Shown here: one piece after another, positions 62,436 through 64,000 of the stretch | Numbering within the stretch: the stretch's first letter is position 1 | How the letters are laid out: each line of letters opens with the position of its first letter | Assembly (NCBI RefSeq): GCF_018977255.1 | Contig: NW_024704742.1 | Span: forward strand, 24,802,001 to 24,866,000 | From: Callorhinchus milii | Taxonomy: Eukaryota | Direction: 5' to 3' | Length of the DNA: 64,000 bases | The notes under the pieces: model-generated | What the model was told of the DNA's origin: nothing | What the model saw: only the letters and a program-made list of their open reading frames with translations | Database searches by the model: none | Translations under genes and position numbers: made by a program

Positions 62436-64000
62436 TAAATAAAAGGAAAGGGTTAGATGGCGCCTCATACAATTGTAGGGTTCACATGAATGGAAATCTG
62501 TAAAGTGATTATAATTTGACTACAGAATGGTTAGTTCCAAGTTCCATGAAATTGTCATCTGGGTGAAGATGCAGAGTGTCAGTCATGATAAATCCCATTT
62601 ACCAAGCCTTTTGTAAATCTCACAATTTAAACCTATTATGTGTAAGTAAATCACTGCAGTTGATGCATGTAATTGCGATCAAAATGGCAAACACCTCTAA
62701 TCTATCGCCCCAGAAAAGAAAGTTAGCCAGACTTTCTTGGGAGAATATAATGCTTTTTTAATGTCTCAAAAGCTACAAGCATTGCCTGCTGTATTACCAG
62801 GGAATCTTTTACACTGTGAGGGCTAATAATTTAATTTAATTATTTACTATTTTGCTTAGTATCTACATTAATCTGATCCCAATAGAGTACAGTCCTACCC
62901 ACTTATCTCAAACTCCTTTATGTCCACATCCCACTTATATCAACAAAAAAGTGAAGTCCCGATCCCTACTCCATACATTAACACTAAAATCTAATTGTCT
63001 ATATTGACGTACTGTCTCTGGCACACTTATGTTTGACAAATGGTTAGGTCCCTAACAACAACAACAACAAATTAAATTTGTATAGTGTCTTTCATGTCAG
63101 GAGGACATGAAAGGCATTGTATTAAAGGCATTGTTCTATTAGAATAATTTGGTCACTCAATCCACTTCTATTTGTGGGATACTACTGTGCACAATTGGCT
63201 GCTGAGTTTGCCCACAAAACATACAGTCAATTCACTTTACAGTAGATTGTGTGAAGCGCTTTGAGATGTCTAAAAGACGTGATAAGATGCTATATCAAAT
63301 GCAAGGATTATTACTATTATTACCACTTATGGCGACAGTGTACTCTTAATGAACTTTTGTTTTGCTTGCTTGACTATTTTTGGAAATAAGGTAATGAAAA
63401 CACATGTAAACAAATGGTTCGGGAATTTTAATTAAATGTATGACATTTTAAAATAAATCAATGTAAATACAGGGTTCAGAAATTTTAATCACAGAACACC
63501 TATTGCCTGCTTGTGACCCTCTATGTTGACAAACTCAAATGATCCATGATGTGTTGACATAAGTAGATAGACTGTATCAATTTTAAACGTCTCCCTTTCA
63601 TCTGAAATAAATGGAAAACCATGTCCTACGAGTGTCTAGTGCGTCCACAGCTCACTGCACTCAAATGCTGCAGTTATTACCAGAATTGCAATCATGTGTT
63701 CACTCTTATCTGAACACTTAACTCCATATACATAGACAGACAGAGACAATAAACTTGCATTTGTTACATTCAATACAGCAACTTATGATGTAGAAAGACC
63801 TTAAAGTACTTCAAAATATGAGTAACTTTGGAAATTGTTGCGAAGGGGCACACAGCACCTCGTCTGCAGCAATAATATCCCACAAACAACAACAGGATGA
63901 AGAAAGCATTCATCTTGAGGTTTTCTTTAGTGGATCTGTAGCAGGGAAAGATTGTAGGCCTGGAAAACTCACTGCTCCTCAAATTTCAATGTGGGGTTTT

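Overview
This is vertebrate genomic DNA with spliceosomal introns. A cartilaginous fish is likely, inferred only from the repeat content and protein divergence. Four genes can be built exon by exon with GT-AG boundaries. (1) The 5' four exons of the giant protocadherin DCHS2 (minus; the gene continues off the left edge). (2) A complete 15-exon PLRG1 (minus), with a 1-nt deletion in exon 10. (3) A complete 5-coding-exon fibrinogen alpha-type gene (minus). (4) The first six exons of fibrinogen beta, FGB (plus; continues off the right edge). The most unusual element is the alpha gene. It lies between PLRG1 and FGB, head-to-head with FGB, whereas the order I recall for human is PLRG1-FGB-FGA-FGG. 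It has no visible alpha-E (fibrinogen-related domain) exon, but an apparent vestige of the alpha-E splice donor sits 41 nt past the stop. It also has a very short fibrinopeptide A, a GAR knob, a hierarchical 14/42-aa repeat array and a cysteine-free alphaC region. This fits either a second, lamprey-alpha1-like alpha gene or a rearranged cluster. The rest of the window is tRNA-derived SINEs, L2/CR1 LINE fragments, a hAT MITE, satellites and palindromes. All comparisons to other species are from memory and have not been run.
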